From: Thermoplasmatota archaeon
GTDB lineage: Archaea; Thermoplasmatota; SW-10-69-26; JACQPN01; JAJPHT01
Length of the DNA: 33,086 nucleotides
Direction of reading: 5' to 3'
Assembly: GCA_041658815.1 (NCBI GenBank)
Contig: JBAZZN010000001.1
Span: forward strand, 1 to 33,086
Each line of letters opens with the position of its first letter. Position 1 is the stretch's first letter. Position numbers and translations under genes: made by a program. A model generated the notes under the pieces. The model was not told the origin of the DNA, did not search any database, and worked only from the letters and a program-made list of their open reading frames with translations. Shown here piece after piece: positions 32,317 through 33,086 of the stretch.

Positions 32317-32907
32317 CTACTTCCGCCGCAGCACGACGCCAACGAGCGCCAGCGCCACCACGGCGCCAATGAGCCCGTCGCCAGGCACGGTCTTGGGTTG
32401 GTTGCGAAGCTGGTCCAGATCGGTCCTGAGCTGCTGGACCTCGACTTGCAGTTCTTGGGTGGTGGGCTGGCCAGCCGTGCTGGGGAACGCGTCGGCGCTG
32501 CCGTCCATCACTTCCTCGATGTGGAAGTCGTTGTTGATGGCGGCTTGTCCCTGGATGTTCCCTTGGAGGCGGATGACGTAGAGACCAGGTTGGGAAGGCA
32601 GGAACGCGGCCGAATAGTTGCCCGGCGCTTCGTCCGATGGAGTGAGCGTGAGGTCCTTGCGCGCATCACCAAGGATGACGGTCATCTTCACCGTGTTCTC
32701 CAGCCCGGAGATGCCTTGTTCGTTGGACGCGCGCCACACTTGCATGAAGATCGCGTCGCGGTCGCCCGAAGAGGGCGGCTCGTGTTCCCACCCGACCTTC
32801 ACCATGAAGGGGCCCACCGTCTGGGTCACGTGGGCCGAAGCAGTGGGGATGCTCGCGATGGTGAGGAGCGGAAGCAGGAGGACGAGGACGATGGACCAAC
32901 GCAACAC
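32317..32907 (-). CDS. Paralog of 29915..30598: secreted N-terminal-His protein with a coiled coil and C-terminal TM anchor
   Basis: Signal peptide ...TASA|HVTQTV, shared core QPGLYVIRLQGNIQG, a coiled coil, and the end VPGDGLIGAVVALALVGVVLRRK. GTG start. Confidence 0.65.
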   Translation of the reverse strand: MLRWSIVLVLLLPLLTIASIPTASAHVTQTVGPFMVKVGWEHEPPSSGDRDAIFMQVWRASNEQGISGLENTVKMTVILGDARKDLTLTPSDEAPGNYSAAFLPSQPGLYVIRLQGNIQGQAAINNDFHIEEVMDGSADAFPSTAGQPTTQELQVEVQQLRTDLDQLRNQPKTVPGDGLIGAVVALALVGVVLRRK

Positions 32908-33086
32908 GGGTCACCCGATACGGCCACGACTACGACCCCACGCAAAGCTCTTGCGAACTGAAAAGGGGGGTTTGGGTCCCACCAAACCGAGCCCGGTGAA
33001 AAACGCAGACCGGGCCTGAAACGTGGTTCTTGCCTGTGAGGCGGTGGACCCGTCGGCTTTATCCCCCACTCGAAACCCCCTCGGGA

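Noticed and set aside
32908-33086. Possible ncRNA at the right edge, with hairpins GGTTTGG/CCAAACC and CCCGGT...ACCGGG
   Set aside because: I recognise no RNA family. The oligo-T runs on the minus strand (around 33000 and 32962) could equally be terminators of a gene lying beyond the window. The region is truncated, so I make no call.

Overview
Visibly GC-rich window that looks like archaeal chromosome: it has gatD/gatE, a DUF63-type membrane protein, PGF-CTERM-like anchors and LAGC lipoboxes. Genes are densely packed, and many neighbours share 4-nt start/stop overlaps (ATGA/GTGA). From left to right:
(1) 1-4608, minus strand: a tightly coupled copper-resistance operon. It encodes a Met-rich membrane protein, a blue-copper lipoprotein, a Cys-Cys membrane protein, the CopA P-type ATPase, a cupredoxin, a DUF2933-like protein and the start of an ABC ATPase.
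(2) 4706-6171: a small-membrane-protein plus tandem-wHTH regulator cassette, flanked by paralogous membrane proteins.
(3) 6276-9728: a thiol-disulfide/metal module with a TlpA-like redoxin, a Grx-like protein, a CcdA/DsbD-like protein fused to a YHS domain, and a DUF63-like protein.
(4) 9789-16413: an accessory island. It holds a Kelch fragment, an AbiEi/AbiEii toxin-antitoxin pair, a variant Doc/Fic protein, three copies of a conserved small-ORF 3' end, a tyrosine integrase lacking its catalytic-Tyr segment, att-like repeats, and two tandem tRNA-Phe(GAA) genes. One tRNA copy is intron-less; the other carries two large structured insertions.
(5) 16453-19296: an RND/MMPL-type exporter, followed by two convergent unknown membrane proteins.
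(6) gatD-gatE, with an unusually structured 172-bp spacer. Upstream sits a second copy of the small-TM + tandem-wHTH cassette.
(7) A ZnuABC/TroA-type metal uptake operon, divergent from a NikR-like regulator, with a palindromic operator candidate between them.
(8) A CopC-CopD fusion flanked by two paralogous N-terminal-His, C-terminally anchored secreted proteins.
Two long palindromes built from inverted arrays of the octamer xGTCTTGG lie in intergenic DNA. I saw no CRISPR array and no rRNA gene. Many long ORFs antisense to real genes are GC artefacts.
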